In this document: positions 8,195-16,984 of the stretch, in pieces
How the letters are laid out: the number at the start of each line of letters is the position of its first letter
How positions within the stretch are numbered: the stretch's first letter is position 1
Virus record (IMG/VR): IMGVR_UViG_3300043451_000065
Coordinates: 1 to 33,620 of that record
From: a virus
Taxonomy: Duplodnaviria > Caudoviricetes
Length of the DNA stretch: 33,620 nucleotides
Strand: one strand, 5' to 3'
Made by a program: the position numbers and the translations under genes
Notes under the pieces: model-generated
The model's database searches: none
The model's input: the letters and a program-made list of their open reading frames with translations, nothing else
Told to the model about the DNA's origin: nothing

Positions 8195-8542
8195 ATGTAT
8201 AAGCAGGACACATGCTTCATGTTTAAAAATTCGATCGATTGGTCAGTGAGTTACTGGAATGATTTTGAGACCAAGACTGACTTTGATCAATGGATGGATG
8301 AGCGAATGAAGGAGGGGCTGGTTTATATCGGGGAAAAATCTAAAGAGATACCAGCCTATCCTCAAGTTTTAAGACTAGACTTGAAGTATATCTTAGGAGG
8401 ATATTATACTACGATAGAGAGATTCTCATCTAGTGAAGAATATACCAGGTATTGCGACTGGAAATTATCGCAAGGGTACAAAGTAATAGGCTCAGCGCCT
8501 TACATGGAATTAAAAACCGGCAAAGAAAATGGCACGAATTAA
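8195..8542 (+). CDS. Hypothetical protein with two similar halves
   Basis: DFETKTDFDQW...GLVYIG resembles RFSSSEEYTRY...GYKVIG. Confidence 0.65.
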   Translation: MYKQDTCFMFKNSIDWSVSYWNDFETKTDFDQWMDERMKEGLVYIGEKSKEIPAYPQVLRLDLKYILGGYYTTIERFSSSEEYTRYCDWKLSQGYKVIGSAPYMELKTGKENGTN

Positions 8543-8723
8543 AAAAATGGATATCTACAAAGAGGTAGCAGAAAGATTAAATGCTAAGGGGAAGCTTCCC
8601 TTTAGCGCCAGGGAGTGGAATACTGGCCTAGTCCAGCAGACAGTCTACGGGAAACTAAAATACCCGGAAGTAATGGAGGAATTAAAATTAATCATGCAAG
8701 AATATGAAACAGCAGAAGCTTGA
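8529..8723 (+). CDS. Hypothetical protein, possibly DNA-binding
   Basis: 64 aa; YKEVAERLNAKG pattern; overlaps neighbours. Confidence 0.6.
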   Translation: MARIKKMDIYKEVAERLNAKGKLPFSAREWNTGLVQQTVYGKLKYPEVMEELKLIMQEYETAEA

Positions 8724-8889
8724 TTTTAACGCCTGGATGGATCACATATCTAACCAGCTCCAGGAGGATTACAGAAAACTTTATTATTCATCTAAATTCA
8801 AACAAGATGCTAACATTTCAAGAGTATCACGAAAGGAATCCAAGGATATACGAAGAGTTCAAACGCTTCGCCTTTTTGCTGATCAATAA
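8704..8889 (+). CDS. Hypothetical protein
   Basis: 61 aa; overlaps the next gene by 83 nt. Confidence 0.45.
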   Translation: MKQQKLDFNAWMDHISNQLQEDYRKLYYSSKFKQDANISRVSRKESKDIRRVQTLRLFADQ

Positions 8890-9073
8890 TGGTCACAAAA
8901 AAATAGGAGCCAAGCAGATCTTCGAGAGGATCCGCTGGGAGTCAATGATTGAAAAGACTGATCGATACAAAGTAAATAATAATTACACGGTCGATTATGC
9001 TTACAAATTCGAATCAGACTTCCCATACCTGGAAGGAATTTTCTTCCACAGAACAAGGAGAATAAAAAATTAG
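8807..9073 (+). CDS. Conserved phage hypothetical protein (start revised to ATG 8807)
   Basis: FQEYHERNPRIYEEF...IFERIRWE...YKVNNNY, a recurrent phage pattern. Confidence 0.7.
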   Translation: MLTFQEYHERNPRIYEEFKRFAFLLINNGHKKIGAKQIFERIRWESMIEKTDRYKVNNNYTVDYAYKFESDFPYLEGIFFHRTRRIKN

Positions 9074-9111
9074 TACATTTGTAAACCAGGGCCGGTCAAG
9101 TAGACCGGTCC
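9074..9111 (+). promoter_or_regulatory. Promoter -7 element followed by a 5' hairpin
   Basis: TACATTTG at 9074-9081; 9-bp stem GGGCCGGTC-aagta-GACCGGTCC; then ACATCTAAC like the early leaders. Confidence 0.6.
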
Positions 9112-9127
9112 ACATCTAACCAAGATA

Positions 9128-9319
9128 ATGACAAGAAAGCAATTTGCCGTAAGTTTAGTGAAGCGTTTCCAGGAAGCACATCCACAGATCAAGAAAAATA
9201 AAGAGGAGGCGATCGCTTCCGCAATCCTAGGAGCCGAGATAGTTATGGAAGCGATTCACGCTGGAGATATTGATCTTAGCTACTGGGCAGAATTAAGAGA
9301 GGATCTTATAAATCTTTAA
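9128..9319 (+). CDS. Small phage hypothetical protein (similar to 14189-14380)
   Basis: MTRKQFAVSLVKRF...AIASAIL...YWAELREDL. Confidence 0.7.
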   Translation: MTRKQFAVSLVKRFQEAHPQIKKNKEEAIASAILGAEIVMEAIHAGDIDLSYWAELREDLINL

Positions 9320-9322
9320 GCC

Positions 9323-9514
9323 ATGACACTAGAGGACCAATGCTTTCACGCTGTGGTAAACGTGCGGATCGCACACGAACAGCAAACGATTTCGGACTAT
9401 TCTAAGATCATGAAGTATTATAATCCAGAGGTCAAAGCTTTTGATCTGATCCTGGATAAGATCAGCGAAGCGGAGGCTGAGATCCAGAGACTAACCGAGC
9501 TATTAAATAGTTAA
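9323..9514 (+). CDS. Hypothetical protein with coiled-coil C-terminus
   Basis: 63-aa ORF in operon context. Confidence 0.6.
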   Translation: MTLEDQCFHAVVNVRIAHEQQTISDYSKIMKYYNPEVKAFDLILDKISEAEAEIQRLTELLNS

Positions 9515-9520
9515 AAATAG

Positions 9521-9551
9521 TTTGTGAATCAAAAATTTTATTTTAATTTCG
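9521..9551 (+). promoter_or_regulatory. Bacteroidota primary-sigma promoter for the replication operon
   Basis: TTTG (9521-9524), 19-nt spacer, TAATTTCG (9544-9551). Confidence 0.65.
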
Positions 9552-9555
9552 GACA

Positions 9556-9647
9556 TATTCAGCGGAAGGGGTGAGAGTCTTCCGGTGAATACGGGTTAAA
9601 AACCACTAAGCCAGTCTGATCTCTCACTCAGCTGGCTTTTTTATTTT
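9556..9647 (+). ncRNA. Structured leader: two hairpins with complementary loops, the second terminator-like
   Basis: Stem 9556-9591 with loop GTGAGAG; stem 9608-9638 with loop CTCTCAC; U tract follows. Confidence 0.65.
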
Positions 9648-9653
9648 AAAATC

Positions 9654-10355
9654 ATGGCAGCATTTAGAAAAATATCGGTCACATTCTGGAGCGATTCCTT
9701 CATTGGGGATCTGACTCCAGAGCAAAAATACTTTTACTTGTATTTGATGACTAATGACAAGACTACCCAGTGCGGTATTTACGAGACATCGATCAGAAAG
9801 ATGTGCTTCGATACTGGATATAACTCAGAGACGGTCCTTAAATTATTAGATTTCTTCCAGGAGAAAAATAAAATCAGATTCTCGAAAGAGACGAATGAAA
9901 TCGCGCTTTTAAACTGGGTTAAGTTTAATGACTCGAATTCTCCTAAAGTTTTGTCTTGTGTTGAAAAAGAGCTAAAGAACGTCAAGAATAGAGTATTGAT
10001 ACAGTATCTATACAGTATGGATACCGAATCGCAAGAAGAAGAAGAAGAAGAAGAAGAAGAAGAAGAAGAATATAAAAGCGATGAGTTTGAAATCTTCTGG
10101 AATTCTTACGGAAAGAAAGTCGATCGTGTAAAATGCGAAAAGGCTTGGAAGAAATTAAAGAAGCAAGAGATCGAGAAAATCCTGGAGACAGTTAATCGAT
10201 ACGTCGGAGCTAATCCAGATATTCAATATCGAAAGAATCCACTTACCTACCTGAATGGGAAGTGCTTCAACGATGAGCTTCCAGGATTAGCGAGAAATCA
10301 AAATAATACTTTACCTTTGAACGACAAACCTATAATACCAATCGAATGGCAATAA
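9654..10355 (+). CDS. Phage replication initiator (replisome organiser, DnaD/lambda O-like)
   Basis: FRKISVTFWSD...LTPEQKYFYLYLMTN...CGIY N-terminus; FEIFWNSYGKK...KAWKKL...PLTYLNG C-terminus; precedes DnaB. Confidence 0.8.
   Translation: MAAFRKISVTFWSDSFIGDLTPEQKYFYLYLMTNDKTTQCGIYETSIRKMCFDTGYNSETVLKLLDFFQEKNKIRFSKETNEIALLNWVKFNDSNSPKVLSCVEKELKNVKNRVLIQYLYSMDTESQEEEEEEEEEEEEYKSDEFEIFWNSYGKKVDRVKCEKAWKKLKKQEIEKILETVNRYVGANPDIQYRKNPLTYLNGKCFNDELPGLARNQNNTLPLNDKPIIPIEWQ
9989..10070 (+). repeat. Putative replication origin: four 11-bp iterons plus (GAA)12
   Basis: TAGAGTATTGA/TACAGTATCTA/TACAGTATGGA/TACCGAATCGC at 9989-10032; GAA x12 at 10035-10070. Confidence 0.6.
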
Positions 10356-11755
10356 AGCTAAACCTTAGCGATCTACACCTTGAGAAGGATATCATCGCTC
10401 ACTTACTCAGCTATCCTCATCTATTTTCGGAGGCTGATAAAATAATCAATAGCGAATCGTTTACTGATGCTTTATTCAAGGCGTCATATTTGGCGTTTAA
10501 GGAATTATCGCTAGAAGATAAGAGGATCACTAGAGCAGATGTATTTCGTGTCCTTAAAAGCAAAGAAAAAGAGAAAGGAATTTCTTCGGAGCTGGTCCTG
10601 AAACTAATGCCAGACCGAGTGATCAACCTGGAAGATTCGTGCTATGCACTAAAAGAGACAGAAGGAAAGAGAAGATTTCACGATCTGGCCTTTAAGATCC
10701 AGGCAGCGATCCTAGATAACAAAGAAGTCTCAGACTTACAGACGATCATCGAGAAGGAGATGGACTCTCTAGAGCGATCTATCGAATCGACAGAGGTGTT
10801 CGACATCGCTAATCTATACGACGATGTGATCAATCGCCTAGAAGAAAATGCTGGAAAGATAAAATTCTCAGGTATCGACACTGGATCGCGTGAACTTAAC
10901 TATATCCTTGGAGGATTCCAGGAAGGAATGACGGTCATTGCTGGGCGTCCAGGTATGGGAAAGACAGTAGCTGGATTACAACACGCTAAGAGCGCTGCTA
11001 AATCTGGTAAAAGAGTTCTATTCCTTTCGCTTGAAATGCCAAAGGAGTCGCTCATGTATCGTCTTATCAGCTCTGAGAATTGCGACTATAAATATAGCGA
11101 TCTAAAAGCTAATCGAGTGAAGCCGGACGATATACTTAAAATCCGCAACTCTAACGCGTCGATCCTTAAATCGCTTCCGATCTTCTTTTATGACTCCGAT
11201 AATCGAGACATCAACTATCTGTCTATGATTCTGACATCGGAAGCAAAGCGTAATAAAATTGACCTGGTAGTTATCGACTATTTGCAACTGATCAGAGACA
11301 ATCAGCTCAAGGATCAGTCAGATTTTGCTCAGGTTTCTTCCGTATCGAACAAGATCCAGAAGCTAACCAGGAAGCTAAAGATTCCGATCATCGCTTTGTC
11401 TCAGCTATCTAGGGGAATCGAGGGAAGATCTTCAAGAATTCCACAGCTCTCGGACATTAGGAGCTCTGGGAATGTCGAGCAGGACGCGATCGCAGTGATC
11501 GGACTATATCGCGACGATTACTATAAATACACTGACGCCAGGGCTAACAATACAGCCAAGGGACCGGATGATAATATCCTGAACTATGTGATCCTAAAAA
11601 ATCGAGACGGGGAGACTTGCACGATCGATCGCTATGTGGATATTACTACAAACCGGATCGCTGATTCTTACGAAGAGCTCCAAGGGTTTAAGCCAGTCTA
11701 CCAGGATAGCGCGATCAATACGATTAATCACACCTTTGAGGAGGCTAAATTTTAA
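10346..11755 (+). CDS. dnaB: Replicative DNA helicase, DnaB family
   Basis: AGRPGMGKT, FLSLEM, VVIDYLQL, ALSQLSR, DIRSSGNVEQDA, KNRDG. Confidence 0.96.
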   Translation: MAIKLNLSDLHLEKDIIAHLLSYPHLFSEADKIINSESFTDALFKASYLAFKELSLEDKRITRADVFRVLKSKEKEKGISSELVLKLMPDRVINLEDSCYALKETEGKRRFHDLAFKIQAAILDNKEVSDLQTIIEKEMDSLERSIESTEVFDIANLYDDVINRLEENAGKIKFSGIDTGSRELNYILGGFQEGMTVIAGRPGMGKTVAGLQHAKSAAKSGKRVLFLSLEMPKESLMYRLISSENCDYKYSDLKANRVKPDDILKIRNSNASILKSLPIFFYDSDNRDINYLSMILTSEAKRNKIDLVVIDYLQLIRDNQLKDQSDFAQVSSVSNKIQKLTRKLKIPIIALSQLSRGIEGRSSRIPQLSDIRSSGNVEQDAIAVIGLYRDDYYKYTDARANNTAKGPDDNILNYVILKNRDGETCTIDRYVDITTNRIADSYEELQGFKPVYQDSAINTINHTFEEAKF

Positions 11756-11759
11756 AAAG

Positions 11760-12140
11760 ATGGAAAATGAATTTGTAACATACGAGCAAGCATTAGCCTT
11801 AAAGGAATTAGGGTTTGATGAAAAATGTTTTAAGTATTGGGTAGGAGAAATCCACGAGAAAAGCATAGAGTTTGTGTTAGATAGCGAAAAGCTAAATGAT
11901 GATGAATTATTTGCACCACTTAAACAACAAGTATTTAGATGGTTTAGGGAAAATTATAATAAAAATTCATTTATTGAATTAGTTTATCAAGATGGGCTAA
12001 AATATGACTACGTTTTATATGTAGATAAAAAAAAAGAAGAATGTGAAAATTATGGCGACGGGCCATTCAATACCTACGAAGAAGCAGAGAATGCTTGTAT
12101 AGATAAACTTATAGAGATAGTTAAAGAATCAAAATCATGA
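11760..12140 (+). CDS. Hypothetical protein (start revised to 11760)
   Basis: MENEFVTYEQALALKELGFDE...APLKQQVFRWFRE...TYEEAE; AT-rich, no GATC. Confidence 0.75.
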   Translation: MENEFVTYEQALALKELGFDEKCFKYWVGEIHEKSIEFVLDSEKLNDDELFAPLKQQVFRWFRENYNKNSFIELVYQDGLKYDYVLYVDKKKEECENYGDGPFNTYEEAENACIDKLIEIVKESKS

Positions 12141-12484
12141 TCACAATCAAAGGCCAGGTTCCTAGCAAGTCAAACGGATACCGGATAGGAGGGAATCGCC
12201 TCTATAAGACTGTTGATCTGAAGGAGTACGAAGTGAGCTTCGAGTGGCAGATCCGTAAGCACAAAGTAATTACAATTACAGAGCCCTTCGAGATCTGGAT
12301 CGATGTCTACTTCCAATCTAACAGATCTGACCTGGACAACGCGGCGAAGGTAATACTTGACTGCCTCCAGAATTGTGGCATGATCCAGAACGATCGACTC
12401 TGTTCGATCCTGGTCATGAGAAAGCACATCGATAAAATGGATCCTAGAATTGAGTTTGAGATAAAAAAAATAAATGAAAAATAA
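12137..12484 (+). CDS. rusA: RusA-family Holliday junction resolvase
   Basis: VPSKSN, RSDLDNAAKVILDCL, IQNDR, PRIEFEI. Confidence 0.85.
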   Translation: MITIKGQVPSKSNGYRIGGNRLYKTVDLKEYEVSFEWQIRKHKVITITEPFEIWIDVYFQSNRSDLDNAAKVILDCLQNCGMIQNDRLCSILVMRKHIDKMDPRIEFEIKKINEK

Positions 12485-12809
12485 AATGGAAAATAAAATG
12501 GAAAGAATTTTTAGAATGGGAGATGAAGTTTATCATCACAAATTTGGCTGGGGCAAAGTCATGGCTTCAACTGATAGAATTGTTACGGTTACATTTAAAG
12601 ATAAATATGCGGAGCTTTTTGGAGAAGATTTAGAATTATTGTCTTTTAGTGCATATTCAGTAGAATTAATCGGGTTTACTCAAGAGCAACCAGAGAGAGA
12701 AATTACTTGGACTTCCATATGGGAAGATTATTGTGATGAAGGCTATATTGGAGCTTCGCAATTCGTTGTATATTTAACGGAAAGATATAAGCTTCCAGAG
12801 AAACTTTGA
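12474..12809 (+). CDS. Hypothetical protein with SH3-like N-terminus
   Basis: FRMGDEVYHHKFGWGKV; start uncertain because there are three in-frame ATGs. Confidence 0.65.
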   Translation: MKNKMENKMERIFRMGDEVYHHKFGWGKVMASTDRIVTVTFKDKYAELFGEDLELLSFSAYSVELIGFTQEQPEREITWTSIWEDYCDEGYIGASQFVVYLTERYKLPEKL

Positions 12810-12817
12810 TCTTTCAA

Positions 12818-13048
12818 ATGGACACTAATAAAAATCTGCCAGACAATTATAAGCTGTGCATCGCCTGGATCGAGTCAGAATTGACACGAGAGACACGATC
12901 TATCATATTGCCTGGTGTTCATATCCAAGACTTAAATCATTCGCTTAGAATCAATCTATTGAGAATTTTAAATAATCATGGGGCGGAGCGAAGGGCTGCC
13001 TTCCTGCGGACCAAAAGAATAAAGGACTATCTAAATAAAAAGCCATGA
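12818..13048 (+). CDS. Hypothetical protein
   Basis: ATG at 12818; ATGA overlap with the next gene. Confidence 0.65.
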   Translation: MDTNKNLPDNYKLCIAWIESELTRETRSIILPGVHIQDLNHSLRINLLRILNNHGAERRAAFLRTKRIKDYLNKKP

Positions 13049-13389
13049 AAAAGTTAAAAGAAAAAGAGACGATCATCATCTACGCTGGTTTGATCAATTC
13101 ACTTATCGATCACATCGAGGCAGACTTCCGGCCGTCGATCTTTAATCGCCAGGCGCTCAAGATGAAATCCAAGAGCGTTCTGGATGAACTGCTCAAGATC
13201 GAGCAAGAGATCTACAAAGGGGATCCGAGCGGAGAGGTCACTGATCAGTACTTAGATGCTGGGAAGCTTATGATCCTATTCTTTCGACTGGGTTTGGAGA
13301 TGACTGAAATGACAGAGACTAAGAGCGAAGGGCTTAATACTCAGCTGAATATATTATTAAAAAATTACGGAGTTAGTTTGGAGTTTTAA
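13045..13389 (+). CDS. Hypothetical protein
   Basis: 114-aa ORF, translationally coupled. Confidence 0.7.
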   Translation: MKKLKEKETIIIYAGLINSLIDHIEADFRPSIFNRQALKMKSKSVLDELLKIEQEIYKGDPSGEVTDQYLDAGKLMILFFRLGLEMTEMTETKSEGLNTQLNILLKNYGVSLEF

Positions 13390-13423
13390 AAAAGATTTTT
13401 TAAACTTTGCCTAACCAAACGAA

Positions 13424-13693
13424 ATGAAAATGAATAGTAACGCTGAGCAAGTGGTCAAGCCTGATCACTATCAAGGAAAGGGAGGACTCCAGGCGATCGA
13501 TGTAATCGATGCTTTCGGGCTTGGGTTCTCCCTAGGTAACGTAGTAAAGTACGTTCTAAGAGCTGGCAAAAAACAAGATCGTCTTCAGGATCTAGAGAAA
13601 GCGATGGAATACTTAAAGTATGAAATCGAAAACACGAAGAAGATCGTGAAGGAGGTCGAAGCTTACATCGCCAGTTTACCAGAGGATTTATAG
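13424..13693 (+). CDS. DUF3310/SaV-like protein
   Basis: PDHY...AIDVI...FSLGNVVKYVLRAGKK...DLEKAMEYL. Confidence 0.88.
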   Translation: MKMNSNAEQVVKPDHYQGKGGLQAIDVIDAFGLGFSLGNVVKYVLRAGKKQDRLQDLEKAMEYLKYEIENTKKIVKEVEAYIASLPEDL

Positions 13694-14196
13694 TGAAGAG
13701 CAGAAACGAGATAATCGAGGAGCTTTACCTTTCGAAGGATATAAGCCAGGCGCTTCGTAAGATGCAACCGGCTAGCCTCCGCGACGATCTTAGGCAAGAG
13801 ATGTTTATCTCTCTTTGCACTCTAAGCGATGAGAAGTTCTGGAATCTTTACGAGAATAACGCGCTCAAGTTCTACCTAGTTAGGGCCATGCTAAACATGA
13901 TCCGAAGCACTGGGATGAATCAGCCTTTCTTTCGTAACTTCCGGGCTAAGTTCGAATCAATAGAGGAGATCGAAAACCTGGAAGATCAGATCGATAACTC
14001 GAAGGACCAGAAGGAAATTCTTTTCGATTTGCTAGATAGTAAGAGAAAGACGCTGTGCTGGTATGAAGACAGACTGCTGGATCAATACGTCGAATCTGGT
14101 TTCAATCAGATGGACGTCCACAGAAAGACAAAAATACCATACCCGTCGATCGTCAAAACTATCGCGTTAATCAAAAAGAAACTCAAGGATGAATAA
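13693..14196 (+). CDS. Sigma70/ECF-like transcription factor
   Basis: DDLRQEMFISL (region 2-like); C-terminal HTH-like LCWYEDRLL...VHRKTKIPYPSIVKTI. Confidence 0.65.
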   Translation: MKSRNEIIEELYLSKDISQALRKMQPASLRDDLRQEMFISLCTLSDEKFWNLYENNALKFYLVRAMLNMIRSTGMNQPFFRNFRAKFESIEEIENLEDQIDNSKDQKEILFDLLDSKRKTLCWYEDRLLDQYVESGFNQMDVHRKTKIPYPSIVKTIALIKKKLKDE

Positions 14197-14380
14197 GAAG
14201 CCAGATGAGACAGCCCGAGAGCTGTTCAATAATTGCCTTTATTTCACTGGCTCCAAAATTATGGCAAGAGAGTGCGCTCTGTTTATGTGCCAGAAGTTTA
14301 TCGACATGTCCAAGCGAATGGATGATAAGTGCTACTACCTGGAGGTAAAAGAAGAGCTCTATAAAATAGAAATAAAATGA
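14189..14380 (+). CDS. Small phage hypothetical protein (similar to 9128-9319)
   Basis: PDETARELF...ARECAL...YYLEVKEEL. Confidence 0.7.
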   Translation: MNKKPDETARELFNNCLYFTGSKIMARECALFMCQKFIDMSKRMDDKCYYLEVKEELYKIEIK

Positions 14381-14616
14381 TTCAACTTATTGCCTCAGTG
14401 GCTTTCGTCACGTTCTGGAATATGAACAATATGCCATACGATCTAAGGATCAATTTTAAGCCGTTCAATTGCGCGCCTTGCCTGGCATTCTATGTGGCGC
14501 TTGGATTGATGTTTGCGCCTGAGTTACTATCGACGATTGTCGCGACTTCATTCGGGGCTGGCGTGATCGCTGCGGTGGTGGAGAAGCTATTAATTAAACT
14601 ACTTACAAAGCTATGA
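14377..14616 (+). CDS. Small membrane protein with CxxC
   Basis: Hydrophobic segments flanking KPFNCAPCLAF. Confidence 0.7.
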   Translation: MIQLIASVAFVTFWNMNNMPYDLRINFKPFNCAPCLAFYVALGLMFAPELLSTIVATSFGAGVIAAVVEKLLIKLLTKL

Positions 14617-14768
14617 AGCACATAAGTCTTAGAAAAATAGTTAGAAAGCAAAAGGCAGACGAACAGAGAAGAAAGGAATTAGATAGTCAAAATGGCATTA
14701 CTATTTATACTTCGCTTAAAGACGAAAAATGGTGGATTGATTTTTTTAATGGGAAAATAAAAATATAA
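14613..14768 (+). CDS. Hypothetical protein, 51 aa (not in ORF track)
   Basis: MKHISLRKIVRKQK...KWWIDFFNGKIKI; ATGA and TAATG overlaps with both neighbours. Confidence 0.65.
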   Translation: MKHISLRKIVRKQKADEQRRKELDSQNGITIYTSLKDEKWWIDFFNGKIKI

Positions 14769-15055
14769 TGACTGACAAAGACATAAAATTCATCCAAGAC
14801 AATATCATCAACTTCGAATCGGTAGCGCTTGGATTTACTCGAAACTTAGACCACGCGGTCCTTAATGAGTATCACGAAATCTACAAGCGATCACTGGATC
14901 CAAGCTTCGTTTTGAATGCCTGGTGCGGAGGCTGTGTCTTCGACATGCTCAAGCGCTTAAAGCATCACTACGAGAATGTGATCTCAGCTCAACAAACTAA
15001 CCAAACCAATGACAAAATCAAAGCTAAGAATCCTGGCGGTAGGAAGTCAAAATAG
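14768..15055 (+). CDS. Hypothetical protein with CxxC
   Basis: WCGGCVFDML; basic tail. Confidence 0.7.
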   Translation: MTDKDIKFIQDNIINFESVALGFTRNLDHAVLNEYHEIYKRSLDPSFVLNAWCGGCVFDMLKRLKHHYENVISAQQTNQTNDKIKAKNPGGRKSK

Positions 15056-16031
15056 TGGCGTAACTTACCACAGACTGGCGCTTCCTTTGTCGATCATGGA
15101 GAAGGAGTACTGCCTAATCACTGACACGATCACAGAGGATCTATTGAAAGAAAAGAATTTCAATGTCGTAGTGGTAAATCGGTTCCTGGAATCGACGCCA
15201 CTTCTTCAGCTCCTAGAATGGCGCCAGAAGTTTGGCTTTAAATTGGTGGTAGATATCGATGACTACTGGACTCTGTTCGATAAGCATCTAAGCGCGCCTA
15301 CCTATCGCAAGCTTGGAGTGACTAGGATTATCAAGGACTACATTCGTTTTGCTGACCTGGTTACAACGACTCACAATCGCCTCCGCTTGGAGATCGTCCA
15401 GATCAATAAAAACTGCGAGGTACTTCCGAATGCCTTGCCATTTGATAAGGATCAATTCACAGCTATCAAGAAGGAGAATGAGAAAGTAACGATCGCACAC
15501 ACTGGATCGATCACTCACTACCCGGATATTCAGCAACTCAAGAAACCGATCGAAGAGCTGGCGAAGTCAAGGGTATTCAGAGAGAATACCAGGATGCTTC
15601 TGTGTGGATGGAATGAGTTCAACAAATGGCACTGGGAACAGATGGGAAATCTATACACTGCTAATGAGAAGCTTGACTATAAGATCCTCGAGTCGATGCC
15701 GGTCGATCTATACATGAATTTTTACTTAGAGGCAGACATGCTTTTAGTTCCTTTGCTGGATAATAAATTCAACAGACTAAAGTCGAATCTTAAAGCGCTG
15801 GAGGCAGGAGCGAAAAACATCCCGATCCTAACCTACAAGCGAGCGCCTTATGAAGATATCCCGACGATCTTCGAGGTCGATAACTGGGAGCGCGACATAA
15901 AACGAATGGCATTCAGTAAGCAGATGCGCGATGACTTTGGATATAGGAACGGAGAATATGTCCGCGAACATTACGATATCTTTAAAATTAACGAGGCACG
16001 ATTTGCTACTTACTCCAAACTAATCGAGTAA
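15009..16031 (+). CDS. Glycosyltransferase (GT-B fold, GT4-like)
   Basis: SGVTYHRL, LVVDIDDYW, ADLVTTT, LPNA, LVPLLDNKFNRLKSNLKALEAG. Confidence 0.85.
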   Translation: MTKSKLRILAVGSQNSGVTYHRLALPLSIMEKEYCLITDTITEDLLKEKNFNVVVVNRFLESTPLLQLLEWRQKFGFKLVVDIDDYWTLFDKHLSAPTYRKLGVTRIIKDYIRFADLVTTTHNRLRLEIVQINKNCEVLPNALPFDKDQFTAIKKENEKVTIAHTGSITHYPDIQQLKKPIEELAKSRVFRENTRMLLCGWNEFNKWHWEQMGNLYTANEKLDYKILESMPVDLYMNFYLEADMLLVPLLDNKFNRLKSNLKALEAGAKNIPILTYKRAPYEDIPTIFEVDNWERDIKRMAFSKQMRDDFGYRNGEYVREHYDIFKINEARFATYSKLIE

Positions 16032-16035
16032 AATT

Positions 16036-16464
16036 ATGCCAGTCATAAAATGCAATAATGGAAAATACAGAATCGGATCAGGTGCTTGCATCTATGACAC
16101 CGAAGAGAAAGCTATCGAAGTCTACCAGGCGATCCTAGCCGGTGGAGCTTTTGCTGAATCGTTTAATGACTATCCAGAGGCAGCGACAAACAACGCCAAG
16201 AGAGCGCTTGCTTATGCTGAGAAAAATGGCTGGGGATCATGTGGCACTCCAGTAGGAAAAGCCAGAGCTAACCAGCTAGCAAACAAGGAGCCGATCTCAC
16301 GCGACACGATCGCAAGAATGGCGAGCTTTAAAAGACACCAACAGAATAAAGACGTTCCTTATGGCGAAGGCTGTGGAGGTTTAATGTGGGATGCCTGGGG
16401 AGGCACCGAGGGGATTGAATGGGCGATTAGAAAATTAGACCAGATAGATAATGCAAGCAACTGA
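16036..16464 (+). CDS. Putative minor head/virion-associated protein
   Basis: FNDYPEAATNNAKRAL...WGSCGTPVGKARANQLA...LMWDAWGG, a module I recall from phage head-associated proteins. Confidence 0.5.
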   Translation: MPVIKCNNGKYRIGSGACIYDTEEKAIEVYQAILAGGAFAESFNDYPEAATNNAKRALAYAEKNGWGSCGTPVGKARANQLANKEPISRDTIARMASFKRHQQNKDVPYGEGCGGLMWDAWGGTEGIEWAIRKLDQIDNASN

Positions 16465-16984
16465 AAAGGAGTTTTTCGATTACGAGATCAGCATCGGAGT
16501 AACTCCAGAGAATCCAGACTACTGGGCTCTCATGGATGGCACTGCGAACATCATTAAAAACTACGCTCAGTCTGTGATCGAGATCGGTGCTGGTATGGGA
16601 ACGCTAGGCGAATGCTTAGAGCACAAAGGAATCGAATACTATGGCATCGAGCCAAACAAATATCACAGAGACTTTGCACGATCCAGGGGAATAAACCTAA
16701 AAGATTTAGGCAATTATCCTGGAAAATGTGGAATGATCGTCTCGATCGAGGTGTTTGAACACCTAACAGACGAGCAGATCAACGAGTATTTAGAGAGTAT
16801 CGAGGCTAATTACCTGCTTCTTTCTTCCACTCCATACACTACCACAGAAGAATTTGATGCCTGGTGGGGCCATATTAACATAAAACAGACCGATCAATGG
16901 ATCGAATTTATGGCAGAATATGGATATTCGCTGTATCATCGCCTAACTATACCGACTGATTGGACCTTATTATTCAAAAAATGA
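16451..16984 (+). CDS. Class I SAM-dependent methyltransferase
   Basis: VIEIGAGMG, GIEPN, SIEVFEHL, GHINIK; lacks DNA-methyltransferase catalytic motifs. Confidence 0.85.
   Translation: MQATEKEFFDYEISIGVTPENPDYWALMDGTANIIKNYAQSVIEIGAGMGTLGECLEHKGIEYYGIEPNKYHRDFARSRGINLKDLGNYPGKCGMIVSIEVFEHLTDEQINEYLESIEANYLLLSSTPYTTTEEFDAWWGHINIKQTDQWIEFMAEYGYSLYHRLTIPTDWTLLFKK

Noticed and set aside
9556-9647. tRNA interpretation of the structured intergenic region
   Set aside because: No cloverleaf, T-loop consensus or acceptor stem
10312-10319. TACCTTTG as an internal dnaB promoter
   Set aside because: It matches the -7 consensus but lies in coding sequence with only a weak -33 element; plausible but unsupported
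12474-12503. 12-nt tandem repeat ATG(A/G)AAAATAAA at an ORF start
   Set aside because: About 2.5 low-complexity copies; only makes the start codon ambiguous
16451-16984. Methyltransferase as the Dam-like enzyme behind GATC enrichment
   Set aside because: Lacks DPPY/NPPY or PC catalytic motifs; resembles small-molecule/glycan methyltransferases
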